Assembly: GCF_006345805.1 (NCBI RefSeq)
Contig: NC_043012.1
Location: forward strand, 32,488,001 to 32,552,000
Origin: Octopus sinensis
Taxonomy: Eukaryota
Direction: 5' to 3'
DNA: 64,000 nt
Under the pieces are notes generated by a model. That model was not told the origin of the DNA, did no database searches, and worked only from the letters and a program-made list of their open reading frames with translations. Within the stretch, counting starts at the first letter, position 1. Every line of letters begins with the position of its first letter. Positions 1 to 12,269 of this stretch are shown here, one piece after another. The position numbers were made by a program, and so were the translations under genes.

Positions 1-649
1 TTGGGGCCCATTATTTTGCTACATTGTATCGAATTACCAGACTTAATGACACTAGGGATAGTTAACTCTTTCAAGCCAAGAGTTCCTAAAATTTTATTGC
101 AGTAGATCAGAGTTTACAAAGTATCTTAAAATAGTTATATCCAAATTGTCTTCAAGGCATGCTTTTATTTCTTATTTATTTATTGCTTTCTCACTTTCTA
201 ATGAAATCGGATTACTTTTATGGTAGCTATTAGAAGTAATCTTAATCTTAAAATTATTTACAGCTGATCATGGTATGATGAGCTAGTGATTAATGTCAGA
301 CTATTGTTCCAAAGGTCAGGTGGTGGTGGTGGTGGCAGTGGCGTCTTAGATATTTCATGTCAATTTTCTCTTTTACATGGAGTGCAAATTTATATAGTTT
401 ATATAGTCGAGATATGGTCTTTCGATCATCAAGGAGGGCAATAACCCCGATTCAGAACTAAATCAGTTCATGATAATCCATCTAACCCATGCCAGCATGG
501 AAAGCAGATATAAAAATTATGATGATAAAGATTAAGATTACTTTATGATGTAAAATCTTAAAAACCAGTCCAAAGAATGACAAAATATTTTGGATTAATA
601 TTTTCTTTTAATAAGGAACAAAGCCTAATTTTTATTGGGAATATATACC

Positions 650-890
650 TATTTCTTTACTACCCACAAGGGGCTAAACACAGAAGGGACAAACAAGGAC
701 AGACAAACGGATTAAGTCGATTATATCGACCCCAGTACGTAACTGGTACTTAGTTCATCGACCCCGAAAGGATGAAAGGTAAAGTCGACCTTGGTGGAAT
801 TTGAACTCAGAACATAAAAACGTAAAGACAGACAAAATACCACTAAGCATTTCACCTGGCGAGCTAGCGTCTCTGCCAGCTCAGCGCCTT
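650..890 (-). mobile_element. tRNA-derived SINE, family A (central domain resembles the Meta domain), full length
   Basis: Minus-strand head GGCGCTGAGCTGGCAGA (A-box-like) and GAGTTCAAATTCC (B-box-like), central CCTTTCATCCTTTCGGGGTCGAT, tail ending GGGTAGTAAAGAAATA. Flanked by a 16-bp direct repeat ATTGGGAATATATACC (634-649, 891-906). Many other copies in the window. Confidence 0.9.
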
Positions 891-990
891 ATTGGGAATA
901 TATACCATCAATTAAATTAGCTCCAATATGTTACTGATCTAGATGGATAAAAGGCAAAGCAAATCCAAGCAGAATCAACATCCTCCTCCT

Positions 991-1173
991 CATCATCATC
1001 GTTTAACGTCTGCTTTCCATGCTAGCATGGGTTGGACAGTTCGACTGGGGTGTGGGAAGCCAGGAGGCTGTACCAGGCTCCAGTCTGATCTGGCAGTGTT
1101 TCTACAGCTGGATGCTCTTCCTAACGCCAACCACTCCATGAGTGTAGTGGGTGCTTTTTATGTGCCACCGGCA
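991..1173 (-). mobile_element. RTE-type LINE 3' end fragment (family B) with (CAT)n tail
   Basis: CATCATCATCGTTTAACGTC..CCATGCTAGCATGGGTTGG is the reverse complement of the tail that follows the RTE ORF C-terminus at 6260-7070 and 35238-36000. Confidence 0.85.
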
Positions 1174-1262
1174 AGAACATTGAGGAATAGAACTAGATCA
1201 TGTCCAGTGATTTTTATTCAATTCCTGCTACCTTCACTGCTTTAATTTGTGGTTAATATCAT

Positions 1263-1709
1263 TTAACCTTTTAACAAATTGATCACTCTGTCAAATGTAA
1301 TGCTTTTTTCTTCACATTGTTTTGAATTAATCATGCATTATCTCGTAGCTTTCAGATTTTGATGATGTAACAGTTTATTTTTAGGATGGCCTTGTAGGAT
1401 CTGTGCTTCTAGGTGTGAGAAGCCAGATCTGATTAGCTTGAACATAAAACAGGTTGAAAATCTGTATCGGATCTGGCCTATTTAACTCTTTAGCATTCAG
1501 GTTACTCTATCAAATGTAATGCTTATATATTTACATTATTTTGAATTGCCCACACATTGTCTTCTAGCTATGAGATCTCAATGATGTGACTCTTTACTTT
1601 AGGAATAACATTGTAGGGTAGGTGTAAGAGGTCAGATATGGCTAGTTTGAGCATAAAACAGGAAAATATTTTGGGCTTGATATAGCTGATTTAAATGCCA
1701 AAGGTTTAA
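1263..1709. mobile_element. Two tandem copies of a ~225-bp TTAA-flanked (piggyBac-like) MITE
   Basis: Units begin TTAA-C(C/T)CTTTTAGCATTC-like and the second ends AAATGCCAAAGGTTTAA. The same internal sequence recurs at 20513-20748, 34174-34382, 36068-36241 and 51179-51363. Confidence 0.65.
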
Positions 1710-2186
1710 AGAATTTACAAAATATTTACATGTAGGATAATGATATTTTAACTGGGCAGGGGTTCAAGGAGTACACTTTGAATAATAAGTAAAGGTGTTC
1801 AACAGAAATTTTTGCTGTTTTTAATTTTTATACAAACTACAAAACTATATTTTGTTGGTTATCCTTTTTAACACAATCATGAATCCGAACACTGAGTCTG
1901 GATTTGCTTCTGTTGTCCATTTCTGTGCTGAACACTAAAACAATTCTTCCCTCCACGTCTTTCCTTTACTGTAAGCTTCATTAAATTAAAACAGTCTTCT
2001 TTTGTCTACAGGAATATAAGAAGACACTGCAAGGTAAAAATGTCAAACATCTCATCCGACTAAAATTATATCAAGCTAACAATGGTAGCAAATCACCCTC
2101 AAACTTCACCTTCTTTAGAAATGAAGGACACATTGGATGATACAGTCTGAGATAAACTGTCTCTGGTGGGATGGTCAAAGCTAGAA

Positions 2187-2480
2187 CATCATCATCATCA
2201 TCATCAACATCGTTTAACGTCCGTTTTTCATGCTAGCATGGGTTGGACGGTTCAACTGGGGTGTGGGAAGCCAGGAGGCTGCACCAGGCCCAGTCTGATC
2301 TGGCAGTGTTTCTACAGCTGGATGCCCTTCCTAACACCAACCACTCCATGAGTGTAGTGGGTGCTTTTTACGTGCCACTGGCATAGGTGCCAGGCGAGGA
2401 TGGCAACGGCCACGATCAGTTGGTGCTTTTTATGTGCCACCGACACGGAGGCCAGTCGGGGCAGCGCTGGCAACGGCCAA
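2187..2480 (-). mobile_element. RTE-type LINE 3' end fragment (family B)
   Basis: (CAT)n tail plus the family-B 3' UTR modules GTGCTTTTTACGTGCCAC. Confidence 0.85.
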
Positions 2481-3235
2481 AACACCTTTGATTATAGATC
2501 TGTAGAAGCAGAGGTGTCCTGAATGGTGAACAACAACAGCTAAAATTGTATTTTACTTATTGAAAACTGTCCATTTTCCTAATGTTAAAATGGAAAAGAT
2601 ATTACTGAAACTATTTCTTTTTATAATCAATAATAGAGATGGTTCTTGATTACAATCTCATTATTTATATGCAATGACCTGTTTAGGTTCTAAACAGCTG
2701 ACATTTGAATTCAGAAGTTCATTAATCTATTTACCTCAGTTGACCAAACTGGATATAATTTCTTATTACCAAGTGACATTTAGTCACTTCCTATCAGATG
2801 GCATACCTGAGATTTGAATCAATGAGTTATAGAAAAGTCTGAATTCTAAATCGATCTTTCTGGTATAGGAAAACCTTTCTAAAGCTTGAAAAAAATATAT
2901 CCAACTTCAAGTTATAAACATTATAAATCTCAGTGAAATATAACGGATCCCCTTGTATTAAGTGGATATGAAATGAGACAATAGCTGAGCAGTATCTGAA
3001 TGGAGATTGGTTGATTTTTTCAAATTTTTTTTATTGAACGTGTTTTGTGGCTCCAAGTAGCTTGCTTGAACTGGAAAGTGATAAGATGACAGGATAAGGT
3101 TACTATGGCTAATGCTGGGTTTGAATTATTGTAGGCTAGGGAATGTTTGAATAGGAAAACATAGGTGGAGCAGAAGTCATAAAGAATTGTTATAGTGAGG
3201 AAACAATTTGGCAAAGTAATGTATCTGGGTGCAAG

Positions 3236-3595
3236 ATATGTTTCTTTATTAGCCACATGGGGCTGCACACAGACGGGACAGATTACAAAGTAGAACTTTT
3301 CTTTTTGGGGGAGAGAGAAAAAAAAAAGTGGGTTAGGCTTTCGATCAAAAGGGATCGTAAAAGGGAAAGAAGGAAAAAAAAGGGGAAAGAAAAAACGATC
3401 AATAGGGATCATGTATCACAGTGTCAGAAGATATGTGACAGCTGCAATAGACTGATTAAAAAGGTATAGAGCAAGCAAGGGCAGTTGAGCAATAATAAAT
3501 ATACAGGTGGGACATGGAAAATACAGCTGAATAATGGACAGGAGATTGGAGAGAACTGGTGATTGGACTTATCAGACAAGTGGCTTTCTCTACTA
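3236..3595 (-). mobile_element. Decayed LINE 3' end whose tail resembles the SINE family A tail
   Basis: Minus strand ends TGTCCCGTCTGTGTGCAGCCCCATGTGGCTAATAAAGAAA, similar to the SINE-A tail TGTCCCCTCTGTGTTTAGCCCCTTGTGGGTAGTAAAGAAA. A pyrimidine-rich stretch and weak ORF remnants lie upstream. Confidence 0.45.
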
Positions 3596-4559
3596 CATAT
3601 AATTTTTTTTTTTCAGGATAAAAAGATGAAAAATTCAGTTCAAAGTTAAATCAATAAATCTTCCCCCTGCTAAAACTTCAGACTCACCTGTGCCACATTT
3701 TTTACCCAACTTCTTTCTGAATAACAACAAAAGAGTGAATATTGAGGTATGTTCAAAATAACCGCATACCCTAGACAAAAAAATATGATAAATAAATTTG
3801 ACAGAAGCAGTATTATTACAGAATGGCAATCTGTATATCCCACTTAATGTAGATATATTATTGGAAAACCATATTACCATAGCATCCACCCATGTTAGAT
3901 GGTTCTTGTATGTCTGTGCTTCTAAGCACTTTACATCTATTTGAGAGGATCTCTCAATGAATACTGCACTAATATGGTGTTTAACAAAAGGTCCACATTA
4001 AATAGGATACAAAGGTTACCATTCTGTATAAATACTGCGTCTGTGATTTATATTTATTTTTTAAAGAGCCTGCTGGTTAGTTGCAACATCAGTGACTGAA
4101 TAGTCACTGTTTTTCTATAAATCAGTGGCAGTGAGATTTGGCTGGCATGCAGTGAGCAGATGCTTGTTACTGATGAAGACTGTGTACACTGAAATCACAT
4201 GATGTAGCAGTTCTGCCACTCATGCTAGATGATTCTCATCTGCTTACGATATGTCTGTGCTTTTAATAGTGCATGTCTATATGGTAGGATTAATCAAGCT
4301 GAATACCACAGGAATACAACATGCTAATAATACGCTCATGTTATGTAGAATATAAAGATTGCCGTTCTATATTATAATAGATTTGGGGCAATGAGCCATG
4401 GTTCAATACTAACTTTTGGTTATGAACAATGAATCACCCAAATGTATTCTCAACCTGATTTATCTTACATAAAGTGAAATATTTCATTAGTGTTGATGAA
4501 ATATTCACTTAATATCTGTAGGTTACCAAATTGTAGTTATGAGTTGTGGAAGCGAGAAA

Positions 4560-5540
4560 GACAGAGAAGTAATGTGTTTATGTACAGCTGTCCATAAATA
4601 TGTGTTTATACAAAGCTGTCTACAAATTGATAGAAAATATTAAGTAAAGTGTGCATGTATGTACCTGTTTGTGAATTGGAAAAAGATAAAGTACACTCGA
4701 CAGTATTTATGATGAAGGTACAAAACTAAGTGAAATAATATTGAATACAAGAGAACATCTCATTGAGTATAAAAATAAAATCATTTAAACTCATAGTGAA
4801 ATTACAGTTTAAGAACATATCAAGAGATTTTGGAGAAAATTGAAAGATTATAAATGTGATGTAAATGCTAAAAAAAGCAGCGGAAGTTTGTATTTATACT
4901 TAACTGTAGAATGTCCAAGTTCACCGATGCAGGGTATGTTTATTTATCTCTTAATAGTGAATGCCAAACTTCTGCTGAAGCTAGGATGAATGCAAAATTT
5001 GATGAAGTTTACCTCAGCATGTAGTTGAAGTGGGTGAGAGAAAGATATGAATTCAGTCTCTATTGAAGTTAATTTCAGTATTTGATAGAAGCAAATGAGA
5101 TAGAGAAGAGGAAGAAAAGAGAGGAAGTGAGAAGCATTTTTTATGTCTGGCCAAGAATGATGATCTGTGGTCTGGCAACAGAACTCTTCTCTAAAGAAAG
5201 TTAATCCTAATGTCCTTGTAGCAGAATAATGAAAATGATTTGAGGGTTGTGTAATTACTAGGGTTGTGTCTTGTGACACGAAGATGACACTCCATGGGGT
5301 CATCCAGAATCAGAGAGGAGGTTGTGATGTCATGGTTTGTCTTGGTTCTCCAGATGCCTGCAGCTATCAACACGTAATAGAAAGTTCAAAACACTAGGTG
5401 CATTGTTGACCATAGTAGTGAGTTTAGAAAGTTCTTTCAAGGCATGGGTCATACAATAAAAGAGCAATAAAAAAATCATGAGATGCAACTTTTATTGTGC
5501 AAGGGTTTTATTGTGCAACTTTTATTGTGCAAGGGTTAAA
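4560..5540 (+). mobile_element. Possible heavily decayed Tc1/mariner-superfamily transposon
   Basis: Broken frames with transposase-like fragments (HIKRFWRK...KKSSGS; NENDLRV; DVMV). The right end has the duplicated motif CAACTTTTATTGTGCAAGGG. Very degraded. Confidence 0.3.
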
Positions 5541-6259
5541 AACAAACTGTAGAAAACGCACCACTTTTGTAAAAATATGCTCAGAGCAAATGGTTCCTCC
5601 ATTGCCTTCCTTTCTAAATACACTACTGACAAAGAAATTTGCTGTAAAGTGGTATGCTAGATAGCTTATATCTGTATGTCCATAATTTGGCTCTATGGAC
5701 TGCTTCCAGTCTTATGAGTTTACCAAAGTAGAACTGTTTAACACAACACTTCATGTACCACGGCACATCTAAACAGACAATCAGTCAGAAATTATGTCAC
5801 CAATAATTGTCTAATTTCTATTAATGGAAATATATTTTTTTGTCATTGTATTTGATAACAGGAAATGCATTGCCTGGTAAAAATCTTTCAGTTAAACCTT
5901 ATACAATATCTTGTGGCCATAAATGCTAGACCCTGTCTCAACAAATCCAGTATAGGTTACATAGAATAAAAAAATCTTGAAAAGAAGTTTGAGTCGAACT
6001 GAAAATATCGAACCTGATGAAGCAGAATGATGCTGAAAAGAATATATGGAAAGCTGAGCTATCATCTTAGAAATGTTTGCAACATCTGCTAGTATGGAGA
6101 AATGGACACAACTGAAGATTATAATGATTGTTAGAAGCAATGGCAAAGACAACTCATTAAAAAAATAACTTTAGATTTATTATAATTTGCACATCCAACT
6201 TAACTTGGATAAGTTGTTTTAAACACATGATATATAATCTGTGCTATTTTGCACTCAGC

Positions 6260-7067
6260 ATCTATACACGACAGAGTGTAAGTGCCCTGAGAGAAAAGTT
6301 GGGCATAAGAAGCATCAAATGTGGTGTACAAGAGAGACGTCTGTGCTAGTATGGTCATGTGTTATGTATGAATGAAGACAGCTGAGTGAGGAAGTGCCAC
6401 TCCCTAACTGTAGAAGGAACCTGTAGAAGAGGTAGACCCAGGAAGACATGGGATGAGGTGGTGAAGCATGACCTTCAAACATTGGGCCTCACAGAGGCAA
6501 TGACAGGAGACCGGATCCTTTGGAGATATGCTGTGATTGAGAAGACCCGGCAACTAAAGTGAGATTGCAGCCACCCATGTCCGGCCCTGTTAAGAATACC
6601 CCTGATGCATTGGGTGATATGATATGCTTGAGAAGACCTGTTGAGTCAAGTAAAACCAATATCACAGGTGAGACCAGTGCCCCCCTGACTGGCTTCCATG
6701 TTGGTGGCACATAAAAAGCACCAACCGAACGTAGTCAATGTCAGGTCTGCCTGACTGGCTCCAATGCCAGTGGCATGTAAAAATGACCAACCAGTTGTGG
6801 CCAATACCAGTATCTACTGATTGGCTCTTGTGCTGGTGGCACATAAAAAGCACCATCTGAATGTAATCAATGCCAGGCCTGCCTGACTGGCTCCTGTGCC
6901 GGTGGCACGTAAAAAGGACCCACTACACTCTCAGAGTGGTTGGCATTAGGAAGAGGATCCAGCTGTAGAAACATTGCCAGATCAGATTGGAGCTTGGTGC
7001 AGCTGCTGGCTCTCCAGACCATCCAACCCATGGTAGCATGGAAAACGGACATTAAACGATGATGATG

Positions 7068-7070
<3 letters not shown>
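6260..7070 (+). mobile_element. 5'-truncated RTE-clade LINE: ORF C-terminus, modular 3' UTR and (GAT)n tail
   Basis: Plus frame reads ...EKLGIRSIKCGVQERRL...VEGTCRRGRPRKTWDEVVKHDLQTLGLTEAMTGDRILWRYAVIEKTRQLK*, an RTE-type C-terminus with GRPRKTW. It is followed by repeated GGCACGTAAAAAGCACC-type modules and CCAACCCATGGTAGCATGGAAAACGGACATTAAACGATGATGATG. Confidence 0.9.
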
Positions 7071-7121
<51 letters not shown>

Positions 7122-7125
<4 letters not shown>

Positions 7126-7256
7126 CAAGCTTCTTTCAGTTTCCGTCTACCATATCCACTCACAAGGCTTTGTTCAGTCCAAGGTGCCATGCCATGAAGT
7201 GGGACTGAACCCAGAATCATGTGGTTGGGAGGCAAGCTTCTCATCACAAGCCATGT
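7122..7256 (-). mobile_element. tRNA-derived SINE family C (CORE-like), 5' part
   Basis: Reverse complement of GGCTTGTGATGAGAAGCTTGCCTCCCAACCACATGATTCTGGGTTCAGTCCC..GGCACCTTGG..GCCTTGTGAGTGGAT..GGAAACTGAAAGAAGC. The full-length family copies carry a CCTTGGGCAAGT segment resembling the CORE domain. Confidence 0.75.
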
Positions 7257-8664
7257 GTCTATGTTTGCATTTAAAATTTCATTGCTTCATTTCTTAAGAT
7301 TTGTACTACTAAAGAACACTCATTAGTTTAATGAGGCTATTTTCTCTTTTTGGAGAGACATTTTTGGGGCCACATATTCTTTGATGCTTATCACTGATTA
7401 GTAGTGTTATGTGTATGTAAATTATGCCTTCTGTGATTACTGGATTATGATCAGTACATAGTAAAAAACACTAGTTATTAGCTGGTGTTTTTGTGTACAT
7501 GACTACCTGTATGGTGGCTACAATATTTTAGTTAGTATTTTAACATGGTGTTCTTTGGAAGCTAGATGTTTCTTGTGTTTGCATTTGTAAAATCAGTTCA
7601 TAACACCAAATGATTTGTAACAGCCCTTGAAACTGCCTAGTGGGCAGTGAATGTTTGATGGAAAGTATTGTCTATGTACCAAGTTAACAGTGAACAGGGC
7701 AACTGTATCAGATTGATTGAAAACTTTCTTTAAAACTTCTACCTACAATGCAGCAGCAGCTTCCGAATAATCAGACCATGAAAGCTTTGTTGAAATGCAT
7801 TGGCACATGAAAGGAGAAAGGGGTGGTTGGTTATAAATTCTGCTAACTAAAAATTTTAAGAAGTGTGTGTAACTTATGTCTGGGTATAAAATATCATGTA
7901 TTAACACGACTCTGTGAAACTCTCATCAAGAGATAGTATTGGTTTCTGTATGCAGATACAGAAACAAATTCGATCTAAATATAACAAGACTAATCAAAAA
8001 TTGCTACATTTGTTTACCATATGCATAATGATACTCAGCAGTGATAAGAGCCATTAAAATTTAAAGGTTGCAAAATGCATCATTTATACATGCAGACCTC
8101 CAGAATGTCTGTCTTTGTTGGGCCTCAAAAACCGTGGGAGCAGAAAAAATCTAATCTGTTAAGATTTCAAAAAGAAGTTCCCTCTTTAATACACTGCTGG
8201 CTCTCAAAAAATAACATCAACATTTAAATATTTTGATGCAAAAATAACAAAAGTGAATTTCATTAAAATCAAGTATTTTTCCCAAACATAAAGCTAAATG
8301 CATGGAATCAGATACAGATTCTTAAGAGCCAATGTTTAACTCTTACATAGTTCTGATACCTTGATGAAACACTGTATACTAAAGCAATGGTGTACCATAG
8401 TGTACAACATAAAGTACAAGCACAAGTAATATACTGCATAGTGTGCAACAAAATGTACTATATTAGTAGTGTGCTACATTTATCAATCAATATAAAAGAC
8501 GTTAAAATTCTATAATTTACAAAGGCCTTATTGAGAAGACATTTGAAATCATTTTATCATGCACAACAGCTGGGAAAGACATCACATAGAACACAGCACT
8601 GAAATAGCATAATTTATTTGAAAGATTTGTAATAAAAGAAGGAAACAGAAAACCAAGAAATATT

Positions 8665-8888
8665 TATTTCTTTATTGCCCACAGGGGGCTAAACATAGAG
8701 GGGATAAACAAGGACAGACAAAGTTGATTACATCGACTCCAGTGCATAACTGGTACTTAATTTTTTGACCCCGAAAGGACGAAAGGCAAAGTCGACTTCG
8801 GCAGAATTTGAACTCAGAACGTAACGGCAGCCGAAATACTGCTAAGCATTTCGCCCATCGTGCTAACGATTCTGCCAGCTCACCACCC
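8665..8888 (-). mobile_element. SINE family A, full length
   Basis: Same head, central domain and tail as 650-890. Direct repeat CCAAGAAATATT at 8653-8664 and 8894-8905. Confidence 0.9.
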
Positions 8889-9678
8889 AATATCCAAGAA
8901 ATATTGTTCCAACTGACATCACATCAGTTCACCTTCATCATGGTCCACCTCACCACGAACACTAAAAACAGGAATACACATCGACCCGAAGTATGTTATC
9001 AAGGTTTTTATAAAGTACTGAGAACCTTGCTGATAAGCAAGATCAAACACTGATGAACAACATCATTTGACTTCATGTGCAGTGAGCCGTATCAAAGCCA
9101 GATATTGATGTATATGAAAATGATATTGTATTACAGAAGCAGATATTTCCAGACTCTGCACACTGTCACAGTTTTTGCTTTCAGCAAGTTTTTTAACAAA
9201 TATGTAAGCAAATATTTCATATATAAATAAAAGAATTTTAATATGAGAAAGAAGATAGAATGAACAGGCTTTATAGTAAATCACTATAATTGTTTCAGCT
9301 CATCAGTATCACCTTGTAAAGCTGAATGTAATGTTACATATATTATACATATTATTGCATTAATAGTATCCAACAATAGCTGTATACATGCACATCTTCA
9401 GGTGAGTAGGGTCCAAAGAACTGCTGGATCTTCTTTAGTTTCTCTGTTCTAAACCCACAGCATTTTACTATTTTTAGCATTCCATTGACAAAGGAGAACA
9501 CAGAAATACAAAGAGATACAGATGTGAAAAAAATACCAAAAATAAATTATTGGAAATAAAAAAATTAAAAAGACCCTTATTCACTCCATCCTTTGTCACA
9601 GATTTGTCTCAGCATTTTGAAAAATAAATGACCATTCTAATATGATCATGTCATAAAATGATAGACCTGAAACAATTA

Positions 9679-10025
9679 TCAGGTCATCCCATAAGTTCTG
9701 TCCGAACTTTTTTAAAATTGAATGAAATTTGATAGTATTTTAGAATGTCTAATGGAATTTAAAATTATTTTTATGCCTTTGTGTACATTTAAACTAATTA
9801 AATATTATTTTACAGAATAATAAAATTAAAATTTCTTTGATGAAAACCCTTTCTAACACAGAAGTATCCAAAGAGCATTTGATGCACATAATGCTTTATG
9901 AGTACAAAAGAGGAAACTCTGCAGCCAAAGCGACTCGAAATATACACTCAGTTTACAGGAAAGAGTGCTTGAATGAAAGAAATTGCAGAAGATGGTTTGC
10001 AAAAAGATCCAACCAAATCAAGTAA
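9679..10025 (+). mobile_element. Mariner transposon 5' fragment (left TIR plus N-terminal HTH of transposase)
   Basis: TA followed by TCAGGTCATCCCATAAGTTCTGTCCG. ORF 9837-10025 reads EVSKEHLMHIMLYEYKRGNSAAKATRNIHSVYRKECLNERNCRRWFAK, a typical mariner HTH, then truncated. Confidence 0.85.
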
Positions 10026-10544
10026 TAAACCCAAATACTAAGTGAACAAAGATGAACCATCCCACTTCCATTGCATGCACACACACACGCACGCACACAC
10101 ACATTCACATACCCACTCCTTTTACACACACACACATATATTCACACAGAGTTGAAACACTGTTTGATTTATTTTTTTCAGCATACAATTTCCATCATCC
10201 CACTACCAAGTATGACATCACTCCTTCCTTCCTTATTCATCTATCACCCGTTTCTTTCTCATTCATAAACACAAGAGTATCATTATGGTAGATTATCTCG
10301 GTAACCATGGGAGCTATGAAAAAAATACAAAGCCCAACATCACTACTGGATCATTCTACACATCTGTGTAATTTTTGGGCGCAATTCCACCCAGCCTTTT
10401 GACCGTGAATTCCAAGACAACAAAGAATTGTCCATGTCAAATTTATATGTATAAATATATATGTATAGATATACACACACAAATATATGTATACAAACAT
10501 ATATATATAGATATGTGTGTATGTGTGTGTATATACTCTTATTC

Positions 10545-10740
10545 TATTTTATCCCTACTTGTTTCAGCCATTTGACTGTGGCCATGCTGGAGCACCACAT
10601 TATAGGGATCTTTACTTTTAAAAAATCCCCCCAGCATTTATTCCTTGTAAGCCTAGTACTTATTCTATCGGTCTCTTTTGCCAAACCACTAAGCCATGGA
10701 GACATAAACACACCAACATCAGTCAAGTGATGGCGAGGAG
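10545..10740 (-). mobile_element. SINE family C, 3' part
   Basis: TTGTTTCAGCCATTTGACTGTGGCCATGCTGGAGCACC..CCTAGTACTTATTCTATCGGTCTCTTTTGCCAAACC matches the tail of the full-length copy at 21058-21415. Confidence 0.75.
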
Positions 10741-10764
10741 GGGGACAAACTTAGATACAAAAAC

Positions 10765-10793
10765 ACACATATACACACATAAATATATAATAC

Positions 10794-10826
<33 letters not shown>

Positions 10827-10848
10827 ATATATACATACATACATACAT

Positions 10849-10894
<46 letters not shown>

Positions 10895-11208
10895 ATGTAT
10901 ATGTGTATATATATATATATTATATATGTATGTGTATATATATATATATATGTATGTGTATATATATATATATATATATGTATGTGTATATATATATATA
11001 TATATATACATATATATATGTATGTGTATATATATATACATATATATATGTATGTATATATATATATATGTATGTATATATATATATATGTATGTATATA
11101 TATATATATGTATGTATATATATAATATATATATATATATGTATGTATATATATATATATATGTATGTATATATATATTATATATGTATGTATATATATA
11201 TATATATG

Positions 11209-11304
<96 letters not shown>

Positions 11305-11362
11305 TATGTATGTATATATATATATATATGTATGATATATATATATATATGTATGTATATAT

Positions 11363-11406
<44 letters not shown>

Positions 11407-11425
11407 AAACATACACATACATACA
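10765..11425. repeat. ~650-bp compound (TA)n/(TATG) microsatellite
   Basis: Directly visible. It generates the spurious YI/CV-rich ORFs in the ORF track. Confidence 0.95.
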
Positions 11426-11545
11426 TGATGGGTTTCTTTCAGTTTCTGTCTACCAAATCTACTCACAAGACCTTGGGAGAAGACGTTTGCCCAAGTTACC
11501 AGGCAATAGGATTGAACCTGGAACCATGTGGCTGGAAAGCAAGCC
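11426..11545 (-). mobile_element. SINE family C, 5' part
   Basis: GGGTTTCTTTCAGTTTCTGTCTACCAAATCTACTCACAAG..TTGCCCAAG..GGAACCATGTGGCTGGAAAGCAAGCCACACC. With 10545-10740 it may be one SINE whose internal microsatellite has expanded. Confidence 0.7.
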
Positions 11546-11566
11546 ACACCTGTGCCTGTATGTATG

Positions 11567-11597
<31 letters not shown>

Positions 11598-12269
11598 GTA
11601 CATATGCACATATACATATATATACACACATACATATATATATACACATACATACATATCTATACACACACACATATATATATATGGACACACACACACA
11701 CATACATATTCTCTATCACTTTCACATGTTACTGCTATGACTCCAGACATAATTCGTTATATTATCTTTGCTAAACAGATTACAGAGATATCATTTACTT
11801 AGGTAAATACCCACTGAGCCCTGTCATCGAAAACAGGCCAAAACTTGTCAGAATACACTAGATTTCAGGATAATGCACCCAATGTAGGCCAAGAATTTTT
11901 AAAGACAGATTCTTATTATGTGCTAGTAAGACATTCGTAACCTCAACTAAGAAACACTGCCAATCTGGTGTAAACAGAAGAACTGTGAAGAATACCAGAC
12001 ATTGAAGCTTGTCAGTGCTTGCTTAATTTAAAACCCTCTGAAAATATTACTTTATTGCTGTGTATTGTTTTCTGTTTTTATTTATGTCTATACTATTCAT
12101 GAATGATCAGTCTTTCTTTTTATATTGCCATTAATCTTCTGCTAGTTTCAAGTCATTTCAGTTACTGCTGGAAAGAGTTGCTGTTAGTTATAAGGCAAAC
12201 GTTTAACATATTAATGTTAGCGTAAGAATGAATATGGAAGTGTGTGATTGAATTGTTACAATATCTGTT

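Noticed and set aside
650-890. tRNA genes suggested by A/B-box-like motifs in SINE heads
   Set aside because: No complete cloverleaf; the boxes continue into SINE body and tail sequence with TSDs.
2012-5866. Putative plus-strand microexons at 2012-2033, 4910-4933 and 5852-5866
   Set aside because: AG..GT pairs this short are frequent by chance, no coherent protein results, and part of the region looks like a decayed transposon.
10727-11802. Long ORFs (up to 299 aa) rich in Y/I/C/V/M/H/T; similar ones at 7070-7297, 33824-34125 and 40419-40821
   Set aside because: They are translations of (TA)n/(TG)n microsatellites, which lack stop codons in some frames. No protein signal.
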